Shown in pieces: positions 26,725 through 34,254 of a stretch of DNA of 64,000 bases (position 1 is its first letter; each line of letters begins with the position of its first letter). The stretch is from the NCBI GenBank assembly GCA_052144935.1, contig JBKQPR010000214.1, positions 5,731 through 69,730 of the forward strand, read 5' to 3'. The position numbers and the translations under genes were made by a program. Source of the stretch: Bryobacteraceae bacterium (lineage in GTDB: Bacteria; Acidobacteriota; Terriglobia; Bryobacterales; Bryobacteraceae). Below the pieces are notes generated by a model. It was not told the origin of the DNA. It searched no databases and saw only the letters and a program-made list of their open reading frames with translations.

Positions 26725-26794
26725 TTTGGGGGAATCCCCCAAATGTTTTGTTGAAGCTAAAAGAGTTATACGAAACTTTGGGGGAATCCCCCAA
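26725..26794. repeat. Two copies of the palindrome TTTGGGGGAATCCCCCAA(A), centres 52 bp apart
   Basis: 26725-26743 is a perfect 19-bp odd palindrome. 26777-26794 repeats 18 nt identically. An AT-rich spacer lies between them. Confidence 0.8.
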
Positions 26795-26873
26795 GAAAAG
26801 CTCCCTGCTCCTCACCCCATTCTCTCCTACCAGTCTCCGGCCCGGAGAGCGGTTTCCGGCCGAAATCCCCATT

Positions 26874-28436
26874 TCAGTGCAGCACCCGCTGGTACACTTC
26901 GTATTCGGCGTCCTGTTGAACCAACCGGTAGTCCCGCGCCAGCATGCCGTGAATGTACTGGTACGCATCGGGCTCGCTGTCTTTCAGCGCCGGAATCCAT
27001 TCCTGGTACCGGTTGCGATCCAGCACGATGAACGCCGCCTGGCGCCCGGTCCGATAGCCCAGCCGGTAATCGTCTACCACGGTTCCATCCCAGCCCAGCT
27101 CGAAGGCCAGCTCCGCGCTGCCAAACACGACATCGCCCGGATGAACCCTCGGCTTCAAGTAGCCGGTGGAGGCGAGGTAATCGTGGCGATACAAGTCCTG
27201 CCGGATATGCCACAAGGTGGTGCTGAGTTGCACGGCTACCAGTGCCGCTGCCATGCCCGCCAAGGCCCATCGCGGCACCTTCATTTCTTGGGCGCGCGCG
27301 TGCCAGCTCGTCCAAATCCACACCGCCAGCAGCACCGCCAGCGGCATGGAAAAGTGCGGCATGTAGAAACGCTGGGCGTCCGGGTCCACCAGCACGATGG
27401 TCGCCGAGCTGGCCAGCCACACCAGCAGCAGCGCCCGGTACCCCTTGTGGTTGCGAATCGCGCGGCTGGCGAGCGCCCCCGCCGCGCCCAGGGCATACAG
27501 CGCCAGCACCACAATCCGGACGTGCGCGAATCCGTGTGTGTCCGGCCCCAGCCCGTAGGTATATAAGAAGCGCTCCACGGTCTGTTTGCGGAGCCACAGC
27601 CAGGAACCCGTGGGCAACCGGTTGGCCGCGTTGCCGCTGAACTGCGCCCACCACAGCGCCGGATTCCTGGCGATATAGATTCCCCAGCCGGCCGCCGCCG
27701 CCAGATAGGGCGCCGCCGCCCACGCCACGTGGCGGAAGCGGATGCGCCGCCCGTCGAAGTACAGCATGAGGACCACCAGCGCGGCAAACCAGGCGAGCGC
27801 CAAAGGATGCGCCAGCGCGGCCGCCGCGATGGAGGCATGGCTGAGCGCGATCGCGGCCGTGAAATGGCGCTCCCGCAGGACCACGTACACGGCCAGCCCC
27901 GCCACGCCCAGCGCGGCGCACATGATGTCCATCCGGCCGGCTCCGGCGCCCCACAGAAATGCCGAGTCCACTGCCACGAAGGCCATGGCCAGCAGCGCCA
28001 CGCCCTCCTCTCCCGACAGTTTGCGGACCAGCGCCCACCACGCCACCAGCGCCACCAGCCCCCACAGCACCGAGTAGAGCCGCACCGTGAACAGCCCGAA
28101 CGGCATCACGTGAAACCACAGGAATTCCGAGAAGGGATACAGCGGCGTAATCCAATAGGTATACTGGCCGATGCCGGTCAAATTGCGGCCGTGCCAGGTG
28201 GCCGTCGCGTCCAGCACCGGCGTTCCCATCGTGCTCCAGCGCAGAAGATGCAGCGCCGGACCGGAAAACCAAGCCTCGTCGCACCAGGGCATCAGTGTCC
28301 GGGCGGTGGCCACCGCCAGCGCCAGGTACACCACCAGGATGCCCCAGAACATACGTGTCCCAGCGTAATGAGGGGGTGTTGGGTTTGTCAACTTGGGCAA
28401 AACCGGCGAAGAAAACGGAAAACACCGGGAGTCCAT
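26874..28436 (-). CDS. GT-C fold membrane glycosyltransferase (ArnT/PMT-like, GT39/GT83-like)
   Basis: Polytopic protein with the first-loop DE motif (LMPWCDEAWFSGP). An alternative start at 28352 (MFWGILVVYLALAV) is at least as plausible. ORF 26827..28425 on the same strand is an alternate-frame shadow. Confidence 0.7.
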   Translation of the reverse strand: MDSRCFPFSSPVLPKLTNPTPPHYAGTRMFWGILVVYLALAVATARTLMPWCDEAWFSGPALHLLRWSTMGTPVLDATATWHGRNLTGIGQYTYWITPLYPFSEFLWFHVMPFGLFTVRLYSVLWGLVALVAWWALVRKLSGEEGVALLAMAFVAVDSAFLWGAGAGRMDIMCAALGVAGLAVYVVLRERHFTAAIALSHASIAAAALAHPLALAWFAALVVLMLYFDGRRIRFRHVAWAAAPYLAAAAGWGIYIARNPALWWAQFSGNAANRLPTGSWLWLRKQTVERFLYTYGLGPDTHGFAHVRIVVLALYALGAAGALASRAIRNHKGYRALLLVWLASSATIVLVDPDAQRFYMPHFSMPLAVLLAVWIWTSWHARAQEMKVPRWALAGMAAALVAVQLSTTLWHIRQDLYRHDYLASTGYLKPRVHPGDVVFGSAELAFELGWDGTVVDDYRLGYRTGRQAAFIVLDRNRYQEWIPALKDSEPDAYQYIHGMLARDYRLVQQDAEYEVYQRVLH

Positions 28437-28622
28437 CCCCCGCAGCTTACAGGGAGGGTCGATTTGCCAGACGGCAACATACTTTATCGTCTAGCAAAGA
28501 GCCACACCGCACGGCCTGCCGCGTGGCGGAGCTTCCGGCCCCCGGCCGGAAGAACCAAATCTTGCAATTCGTGACAGGCGGCCTGGTATGCTCTACGCTG
28601 GAAAGAGGGAGGAACCTCGCAC

Positions 28623-28886
28623 ATGACCCTCACGCTGGAACTCTCGCCGGAACGGGAAGCCGCGCTCAAGGCGCAGGCCCAGGCCCGCGGCATGAGTGTC
28701 GAGGAGTGGCTCCTCCAACTCGCCGACCAGCTCGCGCCGCCTGCGTCCATTGCGCACCTGCAGAAGACCAACCCTCAGGAGTGGATGCGGCAATTCCGTG
28801 CCTGGGCCGAGAGCCATGACCGCACGACGCCCTTGCTCTCAGATGAAGCCGTTAGCCGCGAGAGCATTTATCCGGACCGCGTTTAG
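28623..28886 (+). CDS. VapB-type antitoxin (partner of the downstream PIN toxin)
   Basis: 87 aa, MTLTLELSPEREAALKAQAQARGMSVEEWLLQLA. It ends 8 nt before the PIN toxin start. Confidence 0.6.
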   Translation: MTLTLELSPEREAALKAQAQARGMSVEEWLLQLADQLAPPASIAHLQKTNPQEWMRQFRAWAESHDRTTPLLSDEAVSRESIYPDRV

Positions 28887-28894
28887 GCGCACTC

Positions 28895-29335
28895 GTGCTA
28901 GTCGATACCAGCGTTCTTGCTCGCACCTTGCAGCCTCATCATTCGCTCTATGCCCTGACTGACCGGGCTATCGAGCGTCTTTTGGCGCAGGGCCGGGAAC
29001 TGCATATCGTTGCTCAAAACCTCATAGAGTTGTGGGTTGTGGCTACCCGGCCTCTGGAACAAAACGGCCTTGCCATGACGCCGGCCGCCGCCGCTCGGGA
29101 GCTGGCGCGCATCAAGAGCATGTTCGAATTCCTGCCGGAGACCCCCGCCATCTATCCGATATGGGAGGGCCTGGTCACCCAGCACAACGTATCCGGCAAG
29201 CCGGCGCACGATGCGCGCCTGGTGGCCGCCATGCAGGCGCATGGCCTCGCCAGCATTCTGACTTTCGATGCGGGCGGTTTTTCTCGCTATGCCGGCATCG
29301 AGGTCGTGCACCCCGCCGCCGTCGCCTCCTCATGA
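28895..29335 (+). CDS. vapC: PIN-domain toxin VapC
   Basis: GTG start; LVDTSVLART...NLIELWVVATRP...HDARLVAAMQAHGLASILTFDAGGF. Confidence 0.85.
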   Translation: MLVDTSVLARTLQPHHSLYALTDRAIERLLAQGRELHIVAQNLIELWVVATRPLEQNGLAMTPAAAARELARIKSMFEFLPETPAIYPIWEGLVTQHNVSGKPAHDARLVAAMQAHGLASILTFDAGGFSRYAGIEVVHPAAVASS

Positions 29336-29424
29336 GACATTAAGGCAAAGTAGCGTGGCGGTTTAAACCTGGAAATGTATTTTATCGTGCTTAAAAGCAA
29401 GCTCACAGGGGTACATGATCGTCA

Positions 29425-29453
29425 TTAGCAATAATTGCCAATCCTGGTAGAAT
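29425..29453 (+). promoter_or_regulatory. Candidate sigma70-type promoter/operator of the parD operon
   Basis: TTAGCA, 17 bp spacer, TAGAAT, ending 27 nt upstream of the parD ATG. The spacer contains the palindrome GCAATAATTGC. Confidence 0.4.
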
Positions 29454-29479
29454 GAGCCGTACTATTGGAGGATCGCCGT

Positions 29480-29782
29480 ATGCCGACCCGGAACGTCAAT
29501 CTGACCGAACACTTCGACCGCTTCATCGAGGCCGGCGTCACTTCTGGCCGCTTCAGCAACGCCAGCGAAGTGGTGCGGGAAGGCCTCCGGCTATTAGAGC
29601 AGCGCGAGCAGGAAGACAAGGCCAAACTTGAATGGCTCCGCGCCGCCGCTAAGGAAGGCTTCGATCAGCTCGACCGCGGCGAGGGCATCGAATTTGAATC
29701 GATGGACGACTTCGACGCCTATATCGACCGGATCGGAGAGGAAGCCTCCGCCGAGATAGCCGTCGAGCGCAAGCGTGGCTGA
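29480..29782 (+). CDS. parD: ParD-family (RHH) antitoxin
   Basis: The internal ATG at 29480 (SD GGAGG) gives MPTRNVNLTEHFDRFIEAGVTSGRFSNASEVVREGLRLLEQRE, a classic ParD4-type sequence. Confidence 0.85.
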   Translation: MPTRNVNLTEHFDRFIEAGVTSGRFSNASEVVREGLRLLEQREQEDKAKLEWLRAAAKEGFDQLDRGEGIEFESMDDFDAYIDRIGEEASAEIAVERKRG

Positions 29783-30143
29783 GAAACGTGGTTCCAGGCC
29801 CAGTCTTGCCCCCGCCGCTCGCCAGGATGTCCGTGAAGTTCTGAAATGGAGCGAACGGAACTTTGGCGAAGCTGCAGCGGGTCGCTTACAAGGCGCTGAT
29901 CAAACAGGCCGTACGCGATATCGGAGCCGATCCCGAGCGGCTGGGTTCGAAAGAGCGGCCTGAGATCATGACCAAGGGCGCGCGGACCCATCACCTCGAA
30001 GTCAGCCGGAGCAGGGTGAGCGGTTCAAGGGTGAAGGCGCCGCGCCATTTTCTTCTCTATCGCCGCCGCGACCGCGACCCCACGAAAGATTATCCTGGAA
30101 GGCGTGGATCCCCCCGCGCGGAACTTCGCCGGACGAACGCTGA
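29775..30143 (+). pseudogene. parE: ParE-family toxin, frameshifted
   Basis: The GTG at 29775 overlaps the parD stop. The N-terminus (SLAPAARQDVREVLKWSERNFGEAAAGR) is in frame 0. The continuation (YKALIKQAVRDIGADPERLGSKERPEI...PRHFLLYRR) is in frame +1 after an apparent 1-nt insertion near 29885. Frame 0 has a stop at 29961-29963. The +1 frame runs without a stop into the next gene. Confidence 0.7.
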
Positions 30144-30150
30144 TCCGTTT

Positions 30151-31278
30151 ATGCCCGAGCTCACCATCGTCGTCCCTACCCTGGAGGAACGCGAGAATCT
30201 TTCTCCCGTGATCGCGGCGCTCGAATCGGTTCTCGGCGGCATCGACTACGAGATCCTTTTCGTGGACGACGATTCTCCCGACGGCACCGCCGCGGCCGCC
30301 CGCGAGCTGGCCCAGCGCAATCCGCGCGTGCGCGTGCTGCAGCGTATCGGACGGCGCGGGCTGGCCTCCGCCGCCGTGGAAGGCATGCTCGCCAGCAGCG
30401 CCCCTTATCTGGCCGTGATGGACGCCGATCTGCAGCACGACGAGTCCATTCTGCCCGCCATGCTGGCCAAGCTGCGGCACTCCTCGCTCGACCTGGTAGT
30501 CGCCACCCGCGTCACGGAGGGTGGCATGGATGCCATGCCGGCCCATCGCCGCGCCCTCTCCGGGCTGGGTCGCCGTCTGAGCACGCTGATCTGTTCCACC
30601 GAACTGTCCGACCCCATGAGCGGCTACTTCGTGCTCACCCGGGCGTACCTCGATGAAGTGGCTCACTCGCTCAGCGGCACCGGCTATAAAATCCTGCTCG
30701 ATCTGGTAGTCTCGGCCCGCCGTCCGGTAAAACTGGCGGAAATCCCCTATCGCTTCCGGCCGCGCCTGCACGGCCGGAGCAAGCTCGATATCGTAGTGGC
30801 GGTCGAATATCTGGCGCTGGTGGCGGACAAGCTGGTGGGCGATTTCGTGCCTCCCAGCTACGTGATCTTCGGATTTGCCGGTTCGGTTGGTGTCCTGGCC
30901 CACCTGGCCGCCGTGCAACTGCTCCGCCTCATCCCCGGAATCACTTTGGAAAGGGCCCAGCTCATTTCCAGCGCCATCGTGATCGCCATCAATTTTCTGC
31001 TGAACAACCAGTTCACCTTCCGCTCCGCCCGGCTGCACGGGAAGCAGCTCGCGATCGGCATGCAGGTCTTTTATATGGCCTGCTCCATAGGCCTGTTCCT
31101 GAACCTGCGGGTGTTCGATACCCTCACTGGTCTCTCGGTGCCGTGGTATCTGGCGGCTGCGCTGGGCCTGGCGGTCGGATCGGTGTGGAATTACTGGATG
31201 AGCTCGATGTTCGTGTGGCAGGTGCGGCGGAGACGGCGGGGGCGCGAGCCGGGGCGCTTCCCGGGCCCCGCGGCATGA
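30151..31278 (+). CDS. GT2 polyprenyl-phosphate glycosyltransferase fused to a GtrA-like domain
   Basis: The internal ATG at 30151 gives MPELTIVVPTLEERENL...ILFVDDDSPDGT...VMDADLQHD. The C-terminal four-TM GtrA-like part is FGFAGSVGVLAHLAAV...INFLLNNQFTFRS. Confidence 0.85.
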   Translation: MPELTIVVPTLEERENLSPVIAALESVLGGIDYEILFVDDDSPDGTAAAARELAQRNPRVRVLQRIGRRGLASAAVEGMLASSAPYLAVMDADLQHDESILPAMLAKLRHSSLDLVVATRVTEGGMDAMPAHRRALSGLGRRLSTLICSTELSDPMSGYFVLTRAYLDEVAHSLSGTGYKILLDLVVSARRPVKLAEIPYRFRPRLHGRSKLDIVVAVEYLALVADKLVGDFVPPSYVIFGFAGSVGVLAHLAAVQLLRLIPGITLERAQLISSAIVIAINFLLNNQFTFRSARLHGKQLAIGMQVFYMACSIGLFLNLRVFDTLTGLSVPWYLAAALGLAVGSVWNYWMSSMFVWQVRRRRRGREPGRFPGPAA

Positions 31279-31578
31279 GTACTTCAGCCGCAAGATTCCG
31301 CGGGAGCGTACGGTTTGCCGCCAAGGCCGTTCCGGACCGGCAAGCGCACGTTTTCCGGCTTCAGCCAAGTTGACACAACGGCTGACTATGGCGACCTGGC
31401 CGCCCCTGCGACGGCCACGCTCCGGATTGGTGCGGGCCGATGCTCAGGCGGGGTGCATTTCGTCGACTGGTGGCGAATGTAGAATATGGCTGGGATGCCA
31501 TTGCGCCGGCCGTCGAGGATGCGGTCATGGCGCTCCCCGCGCTCACCCGATCGATGCAAGCAGCCGGCGGCGACGCCT

Positions 31579-31600
31579 CGCTAGCTTAGCTAAGCTAGCG
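31579..31600. repeat. Perfect 22-bp palindrome CGCTAGCTTAGCTAAGCTAGCG
   Basis: Read directly from the sequence. It overlaps the stop codon (31595-31597) of the minus-strand DltD-like gene. Confidence 0.9.
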
Positions 31601-32542
31601 CGGCGAACCAGGCACGCGCAGACGGCCTTGTGCGATCCAATCGTTAATCCGCGCGTTGATGTGCGAGACGATCACCGCGGCAGCGTTGGCAACAAAGTGA
31701 ACGCCGTCCCCGAAATTCTCTCTCGCGCCTCGAAAATCGGCGAACTCCGCCGAGGTAAAGTCAATCAGCAGGTCCTCGGGGCCTGCATTCGCCTCGATCA
31801 ACCGCGCGTAATCCCAGAATGCGGTCTGCTGCGCACGGAACAGATCCTCGGAAACCGGAGGCACAATAAATACGATCTGAACGTGATGGGCCCGCAACTC
31901 GGCGGCCAGGTCCCGAAAAACCGTAAGGGCGATGGGATCGACTTCAAATGCGGCCCCAGGACGAAACATCTGCCGCATGATCGGATTGAGCCGCGTGGGC
32001 GGGTGCAAGAAGTGCTCCGTCCCGTCGTAATCGACTACCTCTCTAGGACGGTGCAGCCGCTCTTGGAGCATGTCAGCGTAGGCTGCCAGAAGGGTCTGCG
32101 ACCCGAGAGCGGAGAAGCCCAGCGATGGCTGCAGGCTGACGGTCTGGAAATCGTGCGAATGCGTGCAATACGGATGCACGATCAGGGCCGCGACGGAGAT
32201 CCCCGGCCTGGAAAGCGCCGCATCCACCAGGGCTTTCCCCTCGACGATGTTGCCACCGTCGAGCGATTGGTTATAGACCCGCAGTTTCTCCACGCCGGCC
32301 ATGTTCCAATTGGCGGACAAAGACGAGCCGACCAGGATGGCATTGAAGTTGCCGGGCACATAGTGCTCGCTAAGCAGGTATTTGGCCACCCGCGGGTCGC
32401 CATAGGCTGGCAGCCGCCGCTCGCGAGTGTCGCGATATAGCCCGTAGGGATCGACCGCTATGTTGAAGCCCACGATGGGGCCTCCGCATGCAGCGATCAA
32501 GCCGAAGACCATGAGAAACCAGTTACGCGCTCGCATACTCAA
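31595..32542 (-). CDS. DltD/AlgX-like SGNH-type membrane-anchored protein (putative extracytoplasmic acyltransferase/esterase)
   Basis: N-terminal TM anchor (NWFLMVFGLIAACGG), a GSS serine motif (ILVGSSLS) and a C-terminal D-x-x-H (GDGVHF). The start overlaps the MBOAT stop. Confidence 0.6.
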   Translation of the reverse strand: MSMRARNWFLMVFGLIAACGGPIVGFNIAVDPYGLYRDTRERRLPAYGDPRVAKYLLSEHYVPGNFNAILVGSSLSANWNMAGVEKLRVYNQSLDGGNIVEGKALVDAALSRPGISVAALIVHPYCTHSHDFQTVSLQPSLGFSALGSQTLLAAYADMLQERLHRPREVVDYDGTEHFLHPPTRLNPIMRQMFRPGAAFEVDPIALTVFRDLAAELRAHHVQIVFIVPPVSEDLFRAQQTAFWDYARLIEANAGPEDLLIDFTSAEFADFRGARENFGDGVHFVANAAAVIVSHINARINDWIAQGRLRVPGSPR

Positions 32543-33954
32543 AAGACGAAGTACAAAAACTGCTTAGCCTCCACCGAGTTCATAAAGAAGAAGTCCACCA
32601 GGAGAAGCGCCGCGGCCCCAAGGGCAGTCAACGGGATCGGCCGGAATCTTTTCTCCAGATCCACGGAGCCTTTGAGACCGAAAGCCAAAGCGGTCCCGAA
32701 GGCCATGGGAAGCACCATCCGCAGCGGGTTCAGAGGTACCGCCACCCTCAGCTCGGCAAATCCCAAAATCCGCCCATGGGGGAACATCCGGCCAAACATG
32801 AGCATCGCCGCGGACACGTGCGGAGAGCGAAAGAGGACATAGGCGAGGTTCACGAAGACGAACGTCAGCAGCCACCCCAGCCAGTCCGGGAGCTTGCCGA
32901 GCTTCTTCCTCTTCCATATCTGGTTGACACTGAGACCCGCACCGTGGAAAAGTCCCCACAGGACAAAAGTCCAGGACGGACCGTGCCACAGGCCCGCGAT
33001 TCCCATAGCCAGCAGCGTGGCCAGTGCGCTGGTCCAAATAGTGGCCGTACCTATGGAGCGCAGCAGTGGTGTATAGAGGTAGTTGGTGATGAACTGCGAC
33101 AGCGAAATGTGCCACCTCTGCCAGAATTCACTAATGGATTTCGAACGGTACGGCACATTGAAATTCTGCGGAATCTCGATGCCCACCATGCGCGCCGCTC
33201 CGACCGCCATGTCCGAGTAGCCGCTGAAGTCGAAGTAGATCTGGAAAGCGTACGCCAGGGTTGCCACCCAGGCCTCCATCGTGGAGAGGCTCGCCGGCGA
33301 ACGGTAGCCGGCATCCGCAACGGCCGCGAAGGAGTCCGCGAACACCACCTTCTTGGCGAGACCGATGGCAAATAGATACAGACCGAAGCAAGCCGTTTGC
33401 ATGTTGCCGCCGCTCATCTTCCCTCCGCGAAACTGCGGCACGATGGCGCGGCTGCGGACCAGGGGGCCTGAAATCACATAGGGGAAGAACGAAACCAGGG
33501 CGGCGTGATCGAAGAGCGAATTGGGCCCGTTTAAGCCTTGATATGTGTCCACCAGAAACATCACCTGGGTGAGCGTAAAAAAGCTGATCCCGAGCGGGAA
33601 GTTCCAATCGGGCAGAACCAAGTGGGATCCAAGAGGCAGCGCCCCTAACAGGAAGCGGGCATATTTGAAACAGCACAGAAAGAGAATGTTGGCGGCAAGA
33701 GCCGCCCGCAGGAGGGCTTTTCGCCGGCCTCCCTCCGCGACGGCAGCCATCGCACGAGCGGCCGCCCAATTGAACACAATGGAGCCGAACAGTAACGGGA
33801 GGTTCGAAGGCTTGGCGAAACCGTAGAAGAATATCGAGGAGGCCAGCAGCCATACCTGCGCGAGCCGGGATCCCGCTCGTTGGGCCAAAATAGTGTGTAC
33901 GATCGCGACCGCCGGAAAGAAGGCCAGTACAAACGAAAATGAGTGGAACAGCAT
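32539..33954 (-). CDS. MBOAT-family membrane O-acyltransferase (DltB/AlgI-like)
   Basis: MLFHSFSFVLAFFP... is a typical AlgI/DltB N-terminus. The conserved His region is GLWHGPSWTFVLWGLFHG. Confidence 0.9.
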   Translation of the reverse strand: MLFHSFSFVLAFFPAVAIVHTILAQRAGSRLAQVWLLASSIFFYGFAKPSNLPLLFGSIVFNWAAARAMAAVAEGGRRKALLRAALAANILFLCCFKYARFLLGALPLGSHLVLPDWNFPLGISFFTLTQVMFLVDTYQGLNGPNSLFDHAALVSFFPYVISGPLVRSRAIVPQFRGGKMSGGNMQTACFGLYLFAIGLAKKVVFADSFAAVADAGYRSPASLSTMEAWVATLAYAFQIYFDFSGYSDMAVGAARMVGIEIPQNFNVPYRSKSISEFWQRWHISLSQFITNYLYTPLLRSIGTATIWTSALATLLAMGIAGLWHGPSWTFVLWGLFHGAGLSVNQIWKRKKLGKLPDWLGWLLTFVFVNLAYVLFRSPHVSAAMLMFGRMFPHGRILGFAELRVAVPLNPLRMVLPMAFGTALAFGLKGSVDLEKRFRPIPLTALGAAALLLVDFFFMNSVEAKQFLYFVF

Positions 33955-33978
33955 CGGTAGACCGCGCCCGCACCGATG

Positions 33979-34254
33979 TTAGCCGGATCCGGCCGCCGAT
34001 GGTCCGTTCCTCGATCGGAGCTTTTCGACGATCAGGTCCGCCATGTCGCCGACGTTTTTCAGGTCCTGCAACTCTCCGAGGGCGAACTTGATTTTGTACA
34101 GCGTCTCGACCGCGGTCACCAGGTTGATATGGGCCAGGGAATCCCAGCCATCGACGTCCGCAGCTTTGGTTTCTGGCGAAAGCCGAAGATCCGGGACGTC
34201 CAAGACATCGGCAAATACCGGCTGCAGGTCTGCAATGATATCGGCGTTGTTCAT
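33979..34254 (-). CDS. Acyl carrier protein (DltC-like position)
   Basis: 91 aa with DVDGWDSLAHINLVTAVE. The start overlaps the FkbH-like stop by 4 nt. Confidence 0.85.
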   Translation of the reverse strand: MNNADIIADLQPVFADVLDVPDLRLSPETKAADVDGWDSLAHINLVTAVETLYKIKFALGELQDLKNVGDMADLIVEKLRSRNGPSAAGSG

